Translations under genes and position numbers: made by a program
Notes under the pieces: model-generated
What the model was told of the DNA's origin: nothing
What the model saw: only the letters and a program-made list of their open reading frames with translations
Databases searched by the model: none
Shown: positions 9,781 to 19,717 of the stretch, one piece after another
How the letters are laid out: the number at the start of each line of letters is the position of its first letter
Position numbering within the stretch: the first letter of the stretch is position 1
Source: Candidatus Saccharimonadota bacterium
GTDB lineage: Bacteria > Pseudomonadota > Alphaproteobacteria > CAJXXZ01 > 1604HC
NCBI RefSeq assembly: GCF_008189525.1
Contig: NZ_CP043314.1
Location: forward strand, 570,001 to 602,000
Length of the DNA stretch: 32,000 nucleotides
Reading direction: 5' to 3'

Positions 9781-11667
9781 TCAATTGTTTAGAGATCTTA
9801 AAATGTAATTTATATCATTTTCCATAAAATCTACATTCATTTCCTTAATATCATTCCTTTGGTACATCTGATGTGACATTAATATTAAGTCTGATTTAGG
9901 ATGTATGCCTTTAAACAAAAATCTTCTAGATTTTCTCAGCATTCCAATAGTCCCTGAAAGGTCAACACTTCTTCCTTGTGCTTTTTCTTTTGGATCTTTA
10001 ATTGTCAATAATATTACTACAGATTTCTTGTCATCAAGTGAAGATTTCTTTGCAGAAAACAAATCAACCATAGGAACTGATTTTAGACCAGGTATTCCTG
10101 TGTTTCCATATTCACTTATATGACTGTACAACCCACCTATAGCATAGGTTTTTCCTATTTTCGCAGTTATGTCACTTTCCATTGTTGCTGTCATAACATT
10201 TGCTCTATCATTAGCAGACCCAGCAGAGTTCTTGAATGAATTTTTACTAAGATCCACCTTAACATTCAAAAATATACTGTCTTTGTTAACATCTCTAGAT
10301 TGTATATCTATTTTTATACCTGTAGGTATTGAAGAAAGCGCACTTCCCACATCTCCTCCAGCACTTACAAAAACCTTGTCCCCAGAATAGAAGTGTCCCC
10401 TTCCATTTCTTGTAATTTGTATAAGAGGTCTAGCCATTATATCCACCAAACTAGAACTAGAATTGGCAATATTTAAATTATATCTTATATCTTCGAAACC
10501 TATAGAAAATCCTTTGGTAATAGATTTGGTAGTATTATTTTCATCCAAAATCCATTTTCCATCCACATTAGCATATCCTTTGTTAACGTGTCTGTTCAAC
10601 AAATTCCCATTAGAAACTCTCATTCCTAATCCTTTAGTTTCTTCATCTCCAAAGTTCTGCAAAGCTTCTAAAATATTGTTTCCCCTAGAAAATCTAGAGT
10701 TTTCAGAAAAGCTTAGAACTATACATTCTACAACGAAGTTATCTATAGGATGATCTTTTTTAATTTCTTTCTTCCTAGATTCTTCTCTTTGTATTTTCGC
10801 ATAGTTTATATTTTTCAATTTACTATTTAACTCTAACCATTCTTCTGCTCTACCATACAAGTAGCTAACATCTTCTTTGTTACTTGTCTTCTCAGAAAAC
10901 TTACGTATAAATTCGTAACATTTTTTATCTCCATATGATGCATATATTAATGCAGCTAATCTACAAACTCTTTCCGATGAGTCAAAATTGAGCAACCTAT
11001 CAATTGCATTTTTAGAAACAGAAATATATCTAAGTGCATATGAAGCATTAGCAAGCCCATATAGTGCTTCTATGTTGTATTCATCTTGCATGATCACTCT
11101 ACTAAACAAATCCATAGACTTACTGTAGTTGTGATTCATACTATAATGCCTACCAAGCGCAATTAAAACCTTCACATTATTTGGGTCTATGCTTAATGAT
11201 TTCTTGTACGCAACCAACGACAATCCTGAATAGGCTGGCTCTGATTCAGCAAGCCTTTCATATATAAATCCATTTAACAAATGTAGCTGAGTATAATTAG
11301 GATTCATGTTCAACCCTCTGTTTATTACCCTAGATGCATCTCTCCATCTGTAATTCTTAACTAGATCTTCCAGTTGTTTCTCAAATAAAACCTCTTCATT
11401 TTCACATCCTTGTAGAATAAAAATGAAAACAAATATACTCGATTTAAATATCTTTCTAGATTTATTAAAAATATAGCTTAGGAACACTTTGTACCTAGGC
11501 TTATTCTTTGATGCATAATTACAGCTATATTTTCTATTATTAGAATAGCTATCACCACTATACACCTCACTATATCTTCCACTATGTTTACAAAATATCT
11601 TTCTTACAGAAAATGACTTCCTTGTATTCAAAATATATTTTTCTTTAAATTTTCTTAAAAATTGCAT
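9781..11667 (-). CDS. Lipoprotein with N-terminal TPR-like repeats fused to a C-terminal secretin domain
   Basis: The lipobox-like FIFILQGC is followed by TPR-like helices (about aa 95-270, e.g. LNMNPNYTQLHLLNGFIYERLAE, SLSIDPNNVKVLIALGRHY, EYNIEALYGLANASYAL). The secretin C-domain follows, with the hallmark KTYAIGGLYSHISEYGNTGIPGLKSVPMVDLFSAKKSSLDDKKSVVILLTIKD. The annotated ATG gives an ~85-aa leader before the lipobox and overlaps uppP by 23 nt, so the true start may be a downstream non-ATG codon. Confidence 0.7.
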   Translation of the reverse strand: MQFLRKFKEKYILNTRKSFSVRKIFCKHSGRYSEVYSGDSYSNNRKYSCNYASKNKPRYKVFLSYIFNKSRKIFKSSIFVFIFILQGCENEEVLFEKQLEDLVKNYRWRDASRVINRGLNMNPNYTQLHLLNGFIYERLAESEPAYSGLSLVAYKKSLSIDPNNVKVLIALGRHYSMNHNYSKSMDLFSRVIMQDEYNIEALYGLANASYALRYISVSKNAIDRLLNFDSSERVCRLAALIYASYGDKKCYEFIRKFSEKTSNKEDVSYLYGRAEEWLELNSKLKNINYAKIQREESRKKEIKKDHPIDNFVVECIVLSFSENSRFSRGNNILEALQNFGDEETKGLGMRVSNGNLLNRHVNKGYANVDGKWILDENNTTKSITKGFSIGFEDIRYNLNIANSSSSLVDIMARPLIQITRNGRGHFYSGDKVFVSAGGDVGSALSSIPTGIKIDIQSRDVNKDSIFLNVKVDLSKNSFKNSAGSANDRANVMTATMESDITAKIGKTYAIGGLYSHISEYGNTGIPGLKSVPMVDLFSAKKSSLDDKKSVVILLTIKDPKEKAQGRSVDLSGTIGMLRKSRRFLFKGIHPKSDLILMSHQMYQRNDIKEMNVDFMENDINYILRSLNN

Positions 11668-12484
11668 AAATTACCAAAACCAATACTCTGTATATAGAGA
11701 AAAAGTATAAATAATTTATTAATTTGAAGCATAAACGTATCCCAAATATATAAAAAAGTGAAGATTGCGCAAATACATATAATACTGAGGATATAATACA
11801 GAATATTTCAGACATGCTAACACCTGCTGTAATATTGACCCCTAAAACACTTACTTTAGAAATATAAGAACAAAAATTAGTATCAAACATACTATTTAAG
11901 TGAGACAAAGAATTAACATCAGATATGCTAAGTACAAATGCTCCAATAGAAGGAATAATTGAAAAAATATAAGAATACATCAAGGATTCTTTTTTTGTAC
12001 ATTTTAGCATACGAAAGCTAGTATAAGACGTTCCTAGATTACTAGCTCCAGGGAAAAATGCAAAAAGCCCGACTATCCCTGCGAACAAAACTTCTTTATA
12101 ACTCAATTCTTCTAATTTCCTATTCTTAGCACAAAAAACATCACTTACGAAAAATAGCGCTGAGAATAAAGTTATAGAGAAAATCTCATTTATAGGAATT
12201 ATTTTTAATTTCATGACTTTACTAAGAAATAGCCCTAGTAAAATTTTAGGAGCAATGATCAGAGCAGGCTTCCCATGCAAAATTGGGTTACTAAAAAAAT
12301 TTAAAACCATTTCTAGTATTCTTTTCCTAAAGAAAATCAAAGCTGCCAAACCTGTAAATCCATGCATAAAAGCTACTGAATGCTCTGAAATTCCAAGCAT
12401 TTTCAAATGTATGGAAGAACTTATTGGAAAAGCTTCCAAGAATCCTTGTATTATGTAATTCATTTTTTCTACTAAAACTGACAC
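11645..12484 (-). CDS. uppP: Undecaprenyl-diphosphatase (BacA/UppP)
   Basis: 279-aa polytopic membrane ORF. IIQGFLEAFPISSSIHL matches the UppP GxTEFLPxSSxGHL motif, and FFPGASNLGTSYTSFRML matches the PGxSRSGxT motif. Confidence 0.8.
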   Translation of the reverse strand: MSVLVEKMNYIIQGFLEAFPISSSIHLKMLGISEHSVAFMHGFTGLAALIFFRKRILEMVLNFFSNPILHGKPALIIAPKILLGLFLSKVMKLKIIPINEIFSITLFSALFFVSDVFCAKNRKLEELSYKEVLFAGIVGLFAFFPGASNLGTSYTSFRMLKCTKKESLMYSYIFSIIPSIGAFVLSISDVNSLSHLNSMFDTNFCSYISKVSVLGVNITAGVSMSEIFCIISSVLYVFAQSSLFYIFGIRLCFKLINYLYFFSIYRVLVLVIYAIFKKI

Positions 12485-12636
12485 CTCTCTCCTTCCATTT
12501 CTTGATTAACAAGTAACATGATTCAAATAGATACAAAATACAAGCAATTTAAACTCATTAAAATAATTCAAATAAATTAACACAAAGCAAGAAACAAAAC
12601 ACTACACAAGCACGAGTTATAAAAATAAAAAAATAT

Positions 12637-13593
12637 ATGACAAAATACATTAATATGCATATGTCAGAAAATATACTAAAAATATCTATTCTTGGAGCTA
12701 ATGGAAGAATGGGGAGTGCAATAGCACTAAAAGCGCTCAAAGATACATATAGTTCTCTCAATTTGATTAACTCAAAAGAAGAAAATAAAACAAGAAACAA
12801 TACAACACAATGTAACCAAATCAATAATAATAAAAATGCTATGATTCACTCTCTTATAGCAAGGAAAACTGAAGACATAAATGAATTAAATAACCTTATA
12901 CAAGGATTCGTACGAGATCTCACCGCAGAATATAATCTCACTGCCGAATATGAATCAACTAAAGAATCAATTAAGTACAAAGAAAATTTAGTCAATGAAA
13001 GTAAAATTCTAAATATTATACAAGAGATTAAAGAAATAAAAATTTCTACAGATATTAATTGCACCAAAGGGTGTGATGTATTATTAGATTTTTCACATTA
13101 CGAAAGCACTCCTTCACATTGTAAATTTGCAGCTTCTAATAACATACCAATACTTATAGGAACAACAGGAAATCATGAACCTGAAGATTATAATTCATAC
13201 TCTAAATCCACTCCAATAATGTGGGCTCCAAATACTTCGTTAATATGGAATTTATTTTCAATAGCAATGAAAGTACTTTCTTCTGAAGATAAAGATATTT
13301 CTTTTGTAGCTGGAGATGTACATCACGAAAACAAAAAAGACAAACCTTCTGGAACAATGAAAAAGTTAAATAGAGATATAAATCTAGAATCTATCTGGAG
13401 CATCAGAAAAGGAGATATGGTTTCATGGAATCAAATTCTTGGAGTTAGCAGTTCTGAAAATGTAAGAATTGAGCACCAGGTTTTAAATAGAGAATCTTAC
13501 GCAATAGGAGCAATAAATGCTGCTATATGGCTCACTAAACAGAAAAAAAATGGTATATATAGCATGCATGACTTCATTAAAGAAAAAATCTAA
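12637..13593 (+). CDS. dapB: 4-hydroxy-tetrahydrodipicolinate reductase (DapB) with a large N/K-rich insertion
   Basis: It has the Rossmann N-terminus KISILGANGRMGSAIALKAL, then CDVLLDFS, IPILIGTTG, the catalytic signature GDVHHENKKDKPSGTMKKL (ExHHxxKxDxPSGTA-type), and the C-terminal NRESYAIGAINAAIWL. The start could be one of the in-frame ATGs a few codons downstream. Confidence 0.8.
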   Translation: MTKYINMHMSENILKISILGANGRMGSAIALKALKDTYSSLNLINSKEENKTRNNTTQCNQINNNKNAMIHSLIARKTEDINELNNLIQGFVRDLTAEYNLTAEYESTKESIKYKENLVNESKILNIIQEIKEIKISTDINCTKGCDVLLDFSHYESTPSHCKFAASNNIPILIGTTGNHEPEDYNSYSKSTPIMWAPNTSLIWNLFSIAMKVLSSEDKDISFVAGDVHHENKKDKPSGTMKKLNRDINLESIWSIRKGDMVSWNQILGVSSSENVRIEHQVLNRESYAIGAINAAIWLTKQKKNGIYSMHDFIKEKI

Positions 13594-14260
13594 CACTCTA
13601 GATAAACCTAACTTAACAGAAGAGGCTAATATACTGAAAAGATCCAGCGTAGTATTCGAGAAGCTAAGTGAAAGCAAACTCCCTGAAACTATAGCCCTTA
13701 ATTATGAAAACCATTACACATTGCTTGTTGCAGTAATATTGTCTGCGCAGTCAAAAGATGAGCAAGTAAATAAAATCACACCAAATTTATTTAAAGTAGC
13801 CTCAACTCCATCAGGAATGATTGAACTTGGATTGGAAAAACTAATAGATCTTGTCAAATCAATAGGTCTGTATAGAAACAAATCAAAGAATATAATAGAA
13901 GCTAGCAAAATTCTTGCAGAAAAATATAATTCTATAGTCCCTGACACAATGGAAGAATTAATAGAATTACCTGGAGTAGGAAGAAAAACTGCAAACGTAA
14001 TTCTTAACTTTGCATTCAAAAAACCGACTATGCCAGTGGATACCCATGTGCTGAGAGTATCCAGAAGGCTTGGACTTACAAAAGAAAAGACTCCAGAGAA
14101 AGTAGAAAGAGATTTGCTAAAGATAGTTCCTGAAAAACTAAATCTAGAAGCTCATAACTTACTTGTTTGGCATGGAAGAAATGTATGCCAAGCCAAAAAA
14201 CCTGATTGCAAAAATTGCTGTTTAAAAGACATTTGTGAATCAGAAGACAAAATAATTTAG
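13517..14260 (+). CDS. nth: Endonuclease III (Nth), HhH-GPD glycosylase with 4Fe-4S cluster
   Basis: Motifs are LLVAVILSAQSKDEQVN, the HhH LPGVGRKTANVILN, VDTHVLRVSRRLGL, and the Cys ligands CQAKKPDCKNCCLKDIC (C-x6-C-x2-C-x5-C). The ORF-track start overlaps dapB by 77 nt. The ATG at 13568 (MTSLKKK) is a more likely start. Confidence 0.9.
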   Translation: MLLYGSLNRKKMVYIACMTSLKKKSNTLDKPNLTEEANILKRSSVVFEKLSESKLPETIALNYENHYTLLVAVILSAQSKDEQVNKITPNLFKVASTPSGMIELGLEKLIDLVKSIGLYRNKSKNIIEASKILAEKYNSIVPDTMEELIELPGVGRKTANVILNFAFKKPTMPVDTHVLRVSRRLGLTKEKTPEKVERDLLKIVPEKLNLEAHNLLVWHGRNVCQAKKPDCKNCCLKDICESEDKII

Positions 14261-14362
14261 CAGCATTAAACAACTTTATACACATAATTAAATGACTCTC
14301 ATAAAGTCAAATTTATATGTAGAAAAATCTTTTGATATTAAAGGTTATTATGGTAATATTCC

Positions 14363-14980
14363 GTGATGAGCCTATCTATAGAAGAAATCGTTTCCAGAAT
14401 AAAAAACTCAAAAGATGGTAACAAGAGATCACAAGATGATAAATCTAATCAAAAACCTACATACCTAAATCCATTGGAAAGTGACATAGAGTCTCAAACA
14501 CATGATGAGGAAAAAAGAACTGAACAAGAGTATAGCTTAGAACTTAAAACAGAAAGCTTAAATGATAAAAGCATCAATCCAAGCTTACAAAGCTCTGTAG
14601 AAAAATTAAGAGAGATTATGGGCGATTCTAATCATAGAAAAAGCATATATGTAACTAAAGAAGAAAAAATCAGCTTAGATAGCGATATAATCAAATCCTT
14701 AGTAAAACCTTTGGTACAAAAATGGACTGAAGAAAATATGGACAAAATAGGTAAATATATTAGCTATTCATTAAATGAAAATGTAGTAAAAGATCATCAT
14801 GTTATGGATTTTCTACAGAAAAACATAGATATTGTGCAGTCAATAATAAAAGAATCTATAGAGTCTTACATAGAATCCTACAGGCATTATGTAGAATCTA
14901 AAACAGAAACTATGGTTAAGAATTATGTAGAAGAATGTGTCAAAAAAGAATTATCTTCTATTCTAAAAGAAAGTTCTTAA
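14363..14980 (+). CDS. PopZ-like / DUF2497-like acidic protein (tentative)
   Basis: GTG/ATG start. The N-terminus SIEEIVSRIKN resembles the PopZ N-terminal TMEEILASIRRII. An acidic, low-complexity middle follows. The later block LDSDIIKSLVKPLVQKWTEENMDKI resembles the PopZ C-terminal LEDVVRELLRPLLKEWLDQNLPRI. This is from memory of Caulobacter PopZ and is not a search result. Confidence 0.45.
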   Translation: MMSLSIEEIVSRIKNSKDGNKRSQDDKSNQKPTYLNPLESDIESQTHDEEKRTEQEYSLELKTESLNDKSINPSLQSSVEKLREIMGDSNHRKSIYVTKEEKISLDSDIIKSLVKPLVQKWTEENMDKIGKYISYSLNENVVKDHHVMDFLQKNIDIVQSIIKESIESYIESYRHYVESKTETMVKNYVEECVKKELSSILKESS

Positions 14981-15114
14981 AAATATTTTAAGCTATCAGA
15001 ACTCAAACCCATTTAATTAAGCAATTTTTTTATTAAAAAAGAGCAAGATATAACATTCATAACGAAAATTACAAATAAACAAAAAATAATATAGAATTAG
15101 AGAAGGCAAAATAA

Positions 15115-18100
15115 ATGAATTATTCTAAATCAGTAACGAACATGGAGAAAAATTTCTTCTCCAAAGCAGATCCTTTTCAAAAATCATCAAAATATGAATC
15201 CAAATCTCGAATGGTTTTACCTCCACCAAACATTACCGGAAAACTACATATAGGACATGCACTAAATGCTTTTGTTCAAGATTTAAAAGTTAGATATGAA
15301 AGGTCATTTAACAACAATAAAATATCCTGGATCCCTGGAACTGATCACGCAGGAATTGCAACACAAATAATGGTAGAAAAATTATTACTAGAATCAAATA
15401 TTAAAAAAGAAGATTTGGGCAGAGAAAAGTTCCTAGAAAAAGTTTGGGAATGGAAAGAAAAGTATCAAGATAATATATATGATCAATTAAAGAAACTTGG
15501 TTTGGAGCTAGATTGGGATCAAGCTAAATTCACTATGGATGAAGATGTACAGGAGGCTGTATCGGAAGCTTTTTGTAAGTTTTATAAATCAGGATTGATA
15601 TTCAAAGATAATAGAATTGTACATTGGGATACAAAGATGCAAACTGCCATTTCAGACCTAGAGGTAAGAAATGAAGAAGTCACTGGCTATATGTATTATA
15701 TAAAATATTATTTTGAAAACTCTTTATCAGAAGATTCACCAAAGAATACTACAGAAGAGCCTATTTCTGAAAACTTCGTAACAGTTGCCACTACAAGACC
15801 AGAGACTATGTTCGGAGATAAAGCAATAGCCGTAAATCCTAACGATGAAAGGTATAAAAACCTTATAGGAAGATCTGCATATATTCCAATGACAGATATC
15901 AAAATTCCTATAATTTCAGATGAAAGATGTGATATGGAAAAAGGATCTGGAGCTGTAAAAATAACTCCTGCACACGATTTCCTAGATTTCGAAATAGGAA
16001 AAGACCATGACCTAGAGGTACAAAATATTATAGATAAGTACGGAAAATTATCAGGAGATTCAGTACCAAAATCATTACAAAATATAGATAGATTAGAAGC
16101 TAGAAAAAAAATAATAAAAGAATTAAAAGACAAAGAATTATTAGTAAAAGAAGAAAAGATAAAACATATCATTCCTCACGGAGATAGATCTGGATCTATA
16201 TTAGAACCTATGGCTACTAAGCAGTGGTTCTTAGATATGGACAGCATGGCTTCTGAAGCAAAAGAAGATATACAAAATATTGCAGTATTTCCGCAGAATT
16301 ATATTAAGATATTTAACCATTGGATGAACAACATACAGCCCTGGTGCATATCCAGACAAATATGGTGGGGACATCAAATACCTGTGTGGTATTTTGATGA
16401 TAATCATATATATGATTTAGAGAAATATAATAGTTACAAAAAACATGGAACAAATTATTTAACATCCGATTATGGGCAAATAAATAAAGACAATGAACAA
16501 TTTAGTAAAAATGCAAACTTGAATCATGAATTTTTGAATCAGGTGAATTTTGAAAAGAGATTTATAGTTGCTAAAGACATAGAGTCAGCTAGAAAAATAG
16601 CTAAAGACATAGGCATAAAGAATGATTCTCTAACACAGGAAACTGATGTCTTGGATACTTGGTTTTCTTCTGCCTTGTGGCCTTTAGTAAACTCTAAAGA
16701 AATAAATAGCATATTTACAAACTCACTAAACCAGGAACTAAATCAGAAATCAACTCAGGAACTAAGCAAGGGCTTAGATCCAAAAAATGAAGAATATCCA
16801 AATGAATGCATAATAACTGGAAGCGATATATTATTCTTCTGGGTTGCTAGAATGATTATGTTTTGTAAATTCTTTTCTAAAAAAATTCCTTTCAAGCAAA
16901 TATATTTACATGGACTAGTTCAAGATAGCTTTGGGAAGAAAATGTCTAAATCTAAAAACAATGCAATGGATCCTTTAGATATAATTGCAGAAGAAGGAAT
17001 TGATGTATTGAGATACGCCCTGCTATCCTCTTCTGTTCCTGGTAAAAATGTAAAATTCGGGAAACAAAACATAGAAAAATCTAGACATTTCTGTATAAAA
17101 ATATGGAATGTATTTAAATTTATAAAATCAAACTGTTCAGAGCTATTTGATGTAAATATACACACTCCAGAAAACATGGAAGATAATCTAAAATCAGGAG
17201 AATCAAGCCAAACACATGACTCACAAGAAATAAAAAAACAAAACATACCTCAAGAAGAAAGTAGTTATAACTTGCCTGAAAATCTTCATCCATGGAACTC
17301 TTTTATAGTATTAAAAATCTCTGATATAAGGAAAACAATACTTGATTTTATAAGTGAATGGAAAATACATGAAGCATCAAACGAAATATATAAACTAATA
17401 TGGGAAGATTTTTGCAGCCTATACATAGAAGGATGTAAGAGTATGCTTAACTCAGAACATTCTATGGAGACAAAGATTGTAATAACAGAATCTTTTAAAG
17501 AGTTAATAAGAATACTGAATCCATTTATGCCTGTTCTAAGTACAGAGATATTCTCTCTTATGGAAAATATAAACCCACAAACTAAAGCATATAATTCTAA
17601 CCTGACCAACAAACCATGTAATACATCATGCAGCTTTGATTCTATTCTTGATTCAATATTAAAAAAGAAATCTCAAAAAGAAAACCAAGAAAACGAAACA
17701 TTGATAAAGTCTAAAACATTGGATTATATAAAAGAAATTACAGAAATTACAGATTCAATAAGATACTGCAAAGGTGTATTGGGAATAGAGAACTCAATTA
17801 TATATCATGTAAACATAAAGCAGGATCATGTAGGAGAAAATATTATACAGGGTTCCAAATCCCATTTAGAGTCAAATGTAGAAAAGGATGAAGTGTTTTA
17901 TAATATAATTGAAAAGTTGTCTGGGTTTAAAATCCATCCTTCAAAAGAACCTAAAAATGACATGACACCTTACCCGCTGCAACAGGGGGTTTTATACATA
18001 AATTTCTTAGATAAAGATCTAAACAAGTTAAAAAATAAAATAAAGAAAGAGAAAGAGAAATCTTATCAAGATCTTTCTGACGCAGAAAGGAAAATTGAGA

Positions 18101-18219
18101 ATAAGCAATTTATTGAAAATGCTCCTACTGAAATCAAAGAGGAAATCAAGGAAAGAATTGCAAAACTAAAGCAAATTGTAGATAATTTTGATAAAGTGGA
18201 ATTGATGTGGAGCAAGTAA
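15115..18219 (+). CDS. valS: Valine--tRNA ligase
   Basis: 1034-aa class I synthetase. It has LPPPNITGKLHIGHAL (HIGH), KMSKSKNN (KMSKS), an editing-domain TTRPETMFGD block, and the ValS-type C-terminal coiled coil with FIENAPTEIKEEIKERIAKL. There are several lineage-specific insertions. Confidence 0.95.
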   Translation: MNYSKSVTNMEKNFFSKADPFQKSSKYESKSRMVLPPPNITGKLHIGHALNAFVQDLKVRYERSFNNNKISWIPGTDHAGIATQIMVEKLLLESNIKKEDLGREKFLEKVWEWKEKYQDNIYDQLKKLGLELDWDQAKFTMDEDVQEAVSEAFCKFYKSGLIFKDNRIVHWDTKMQTAISDLEVRNEEVTGYMYYIKYYFENSLSEDSPKNTTEEPISENFVTVATTRPETMFGDKAIAVNPNDERYKNLIGRSAYIPMTDIKIPIISDERCDMEKGSGAVKITPAHDFLDFEIGKDHDLEVQNIIDKYGKLSGDSVPKSLQNIDRLEARKKIIKELKDKELLVKEEKIKHIIPHGDRSGSILEPMATKQWFLDMDSMASEAKEDIQNIAVFPQNYIKIFNHWMNNIQPWCISRQIWWGHQIPVWYFDDNHIYDLEKYNSYKKHGTNYLTSDYGQINKDNEQFSKNANLNHEFLNQVNFEKRFIVAKDIESARKIAKDIGIKNDSLTQETDVLDTWFSSALWPLVNSKEINSIFTNSLNQELNQKSTQELSKGLDPKNEEYPNECIITGSDILFFWVARMIMFCKFFSKKIPFKQIYLHGLVQDSFGKKMSKSKNNAMDPLDIIAEEGIDVLRYALLSSSVPGKNVKFGKQNIEKSRHFCIKIWNVFKFIKSNCSELFDVNIHTPENMEDNLKSGESSQTHDSQEIKKQNIPQEESSYNLPENLHPWNSFIVLKISDIRKTILDFISEWKIHEASNEIYKLIWEDFCSLYIEGCKSMLNSEHSMETKIVITESFKELIRILNPFMPVLSTEIFSLMENINPQTKAYNSNLTNKPCNTSCSFDSILDSILKKKSQKENQENETLIKSKTLDYIKEITEITDSIRYCKGVLGIENSIIYHVNIKQDHVGENIIQGSKSHLESNVEKDEVFYNIIEKLSGFKIHPSKEPKNDMTPYPLQQGVLYINFLDKDLNKLKNKIKKEKEKSYQDLSDAERKIENKQFIENAPTEIKEEIKERIAKLKQIVDNFDKVELMWSK

Positions 18220-18713
18220 TGATTTTCATAAAAAAAGCAACAAGTTTTATAAAAAATTTAACAAAGACAATAGTTAATAAGATAAATACGAAGAATTTAT
18301 TTTATAGCACAAACTCCAAACAAAACATATTCACAAAACTTCTACTAATATCTTCCCTTGTATTTATTCTTCAAGGATGTGAAGAAGAGAAACATATGAA
18401 CTGCCCAAAAGGCAAATTAATAGGAATGACAAAAACAGAATTTATCAGTAAATATGGAGAAGGTGCAATAAAGCATCCGCTAGATAACAACACATGGTTT
18501 TACGTAGATCTGATTTACATAAACAGTCTTTTTTCTAAGACTGCAAAAGGAAATTGGATGAGCGTAAGGATCAGCAATAACAAGATTGTAGAATTGAGAA
18601 AAGGCAAGCTTCCAAAGAAAATGAAAATGAAAGAACATAAAAAAGAAACATTAGTAAAGAAAAAGATTGCTGAAGAGCTGTTTGGATATGTTGGATCTGC
18701 ATCTTCATACTAA
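18207..18713 (+). CDS. bamE: BamE (SmpA/OmlA)-like outer-membrane lipoprotein
   Basis: The lipobox LVFILQGC is followed by [28 protein letters not shown], which matches E. coli BamE GMTQQQVAYALGTP....NTWFYV. The start is uncertain: the ATG at 18219 overlaps the valS stop in TAATG, and in either case the leader before the lipobox is unusually long. Confidence 0.5.
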   Translation: MEQVMIFIKKATSFIKNLTKTIVNKINTKNLFYSTNSKQNIFTKLLLISSLVFILQGCEEEKHMNCPKGKLIGMTKTEFISKYGEGAIKHPLDNNTWFYVDLIYINSLFSKTAKGNWMSVRISNNKIVELRKGKLPKKMKMKEHKKETLVKKKIAEELFGYVGSASSY

Positions 18714-18790
18714 AATTATATGTTATTAAAACTATAAATATATATCTTTGGAATATTGTTTTCTACTGTTTTTCATGTAGAATGACTGTT

Positions 18791-18916
18791 ATGAAAGTAT
18801 TCAGTTCTCTAAAAGGCTTAGTGTCAAGAAATAAATATTCTAAAATGATCAGAAGACGTGGAAAGATCAGAATAATAAATAAGAGATTTCCTAGGTTCAA
18901 AGCAGTACAAGGTTAA
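18791..18916 (+). CDS. rpmJ: 50S ribosomal protein L36 (alphaproteobacterial type)
   Basis: Too small for the ORF track. My translation is [41 protein letters not shown] followed by a stop. It matches the MKV.SLK........VRR.G...VINK..PRFKA.QG pattern of L36. An in-frame ATG at 18782 is an alternative start. Confidence 0.85.
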   Translation: MKVFSSLKGLVSRNKYSKMIRRRGKIRIINKRFPRFKAVQG

Positions 18917-18918
18917 AC

Positions 18919-19194
18919 ATGCTTAAAGACAGAAAATACACCAAGTATGAACTTGTTTCAGCATTAACTCAAAGAGCTAAGCAACTGTTTGCAGGAGATG
19001 ATCCTAGAGTAGAAACAAAGCATTCTGAAAAACTATCTTACATAGCGTTAAAAGAGTATATGCAAGGTCTTTTGGACATAGAATCTTTACTTAATGAAGC
19101 TAAAATGATTTACACAGATCAGGCTGTAGCTTTTGAAGATGATGAAGATGATGACAACTATGCATTCGATGCAAACGAAGAAGACAAGCAATAA
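18919..19194 (+). CDS. rpoZ: DNA-directed RNA polymerase omega subunit (tentative)
   Basis: 91-aa ORF starting 2 nt after the rpmJ stop. KYTKYELVSALTQRAKQL resembles the RpoZ core NRFELVLLAAKRARQL, and the C-terminal tail is acidic. Confidence 0.55.
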   Translation: MLKDRKYTKYELVSALTQRAKQLFAGDDPRVETKHSEKLSYIALKEYMQGLLDIESLLNEAKMIYTDQAVAFEDDEDDDNYAFDANEEDKQ

Positions 19195-19435
19195 TCTCCA
19201 TCAATTTATTTCAATATTAATTCTAAACAAACTAATTAATTATCATAAATTATTATTTTAATTATTCTCATGACAAGCGTTACGTACAATTTCTATATTA
19301 AGATTAAATATCTTAAATTAGATAAACATTTTGTAGAGCCCCTGAAATCAGAATAGTATAAAAAAAAAGATATTCTTATTCCTAGAAATTCATTTCATTT
19401 TTTATTTATAAACGACATAAATTATACTTATAAAA

Positions 19436-19717
19436 ACATAAACATTGTGTATAAGGGTATATTTTGGTAAGTTCTTTGCAAGATCTCAGGAGGGATGATG
19501 ACAAGTAATTTGGATAAATTTACATCTGGAGCTAGTGCAAAACAGAGTGCTAACGCTAACGGAAGTACGAACAAGGCAAGCAAATCAAGCACTATGAGCA
19601 AAATGAGGAGCATACTGAAGCTATGCACACTTGCACTTACAGCCCAACACACAAACACGGTTGACATCCCGAAACTACACGACATCCCTAACGAACATGG
19701 TTGTTTTTATCATTTGA
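19436..19717 (+). repeat. Outer inverted repeat, left arm (5' leader, SD, 33-codon leader and constant LRR head)
   Basis: Hand alignment with the reverse complement of 31004-31283. The region from ~55 nt upstream of the ATG through codon ~32 is essentially identical (1 indel and 2 mismatches, all upstream). The head region has about 10 further mismatches, mostly synonymous. Confidence 0.9.
19488..19493 (+). promoter_or_regulatory. Shine-Dalgarno AGGAGG for LRR paralog 1 (within the outer inverted-repeat arm)
   Basis: AGGAGG lies 1 nt and 4 nt upstream of the tandem ATGs at 19495 and 19498. The same sequence is mirrored at 31227-31232. Confidence 0.6.

Noticed and set aside
19195-19435. An att-like partial copy of the tRNA-Gln 3' end at the left edge of the island.
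   Set aside because: The only shared string is an 8-mer, attcctag, around the palindromic cctagg. That is too short to be meaningful.
19594-19650. Interpreting the shared LRR head as a lipoprotein signal (LKLC) or a classical Sec signal.
   Set aside because: LKLC does not fit the lipobox consensus because Leu, not G/A/S, is at -1 and Lys is at -2. The hydrophobic run is short and interrupted by Lys. Strong SD sequences place the start codons 15-33 codons upstream. This is not fully excluded, so SignalP or experiment is needed.
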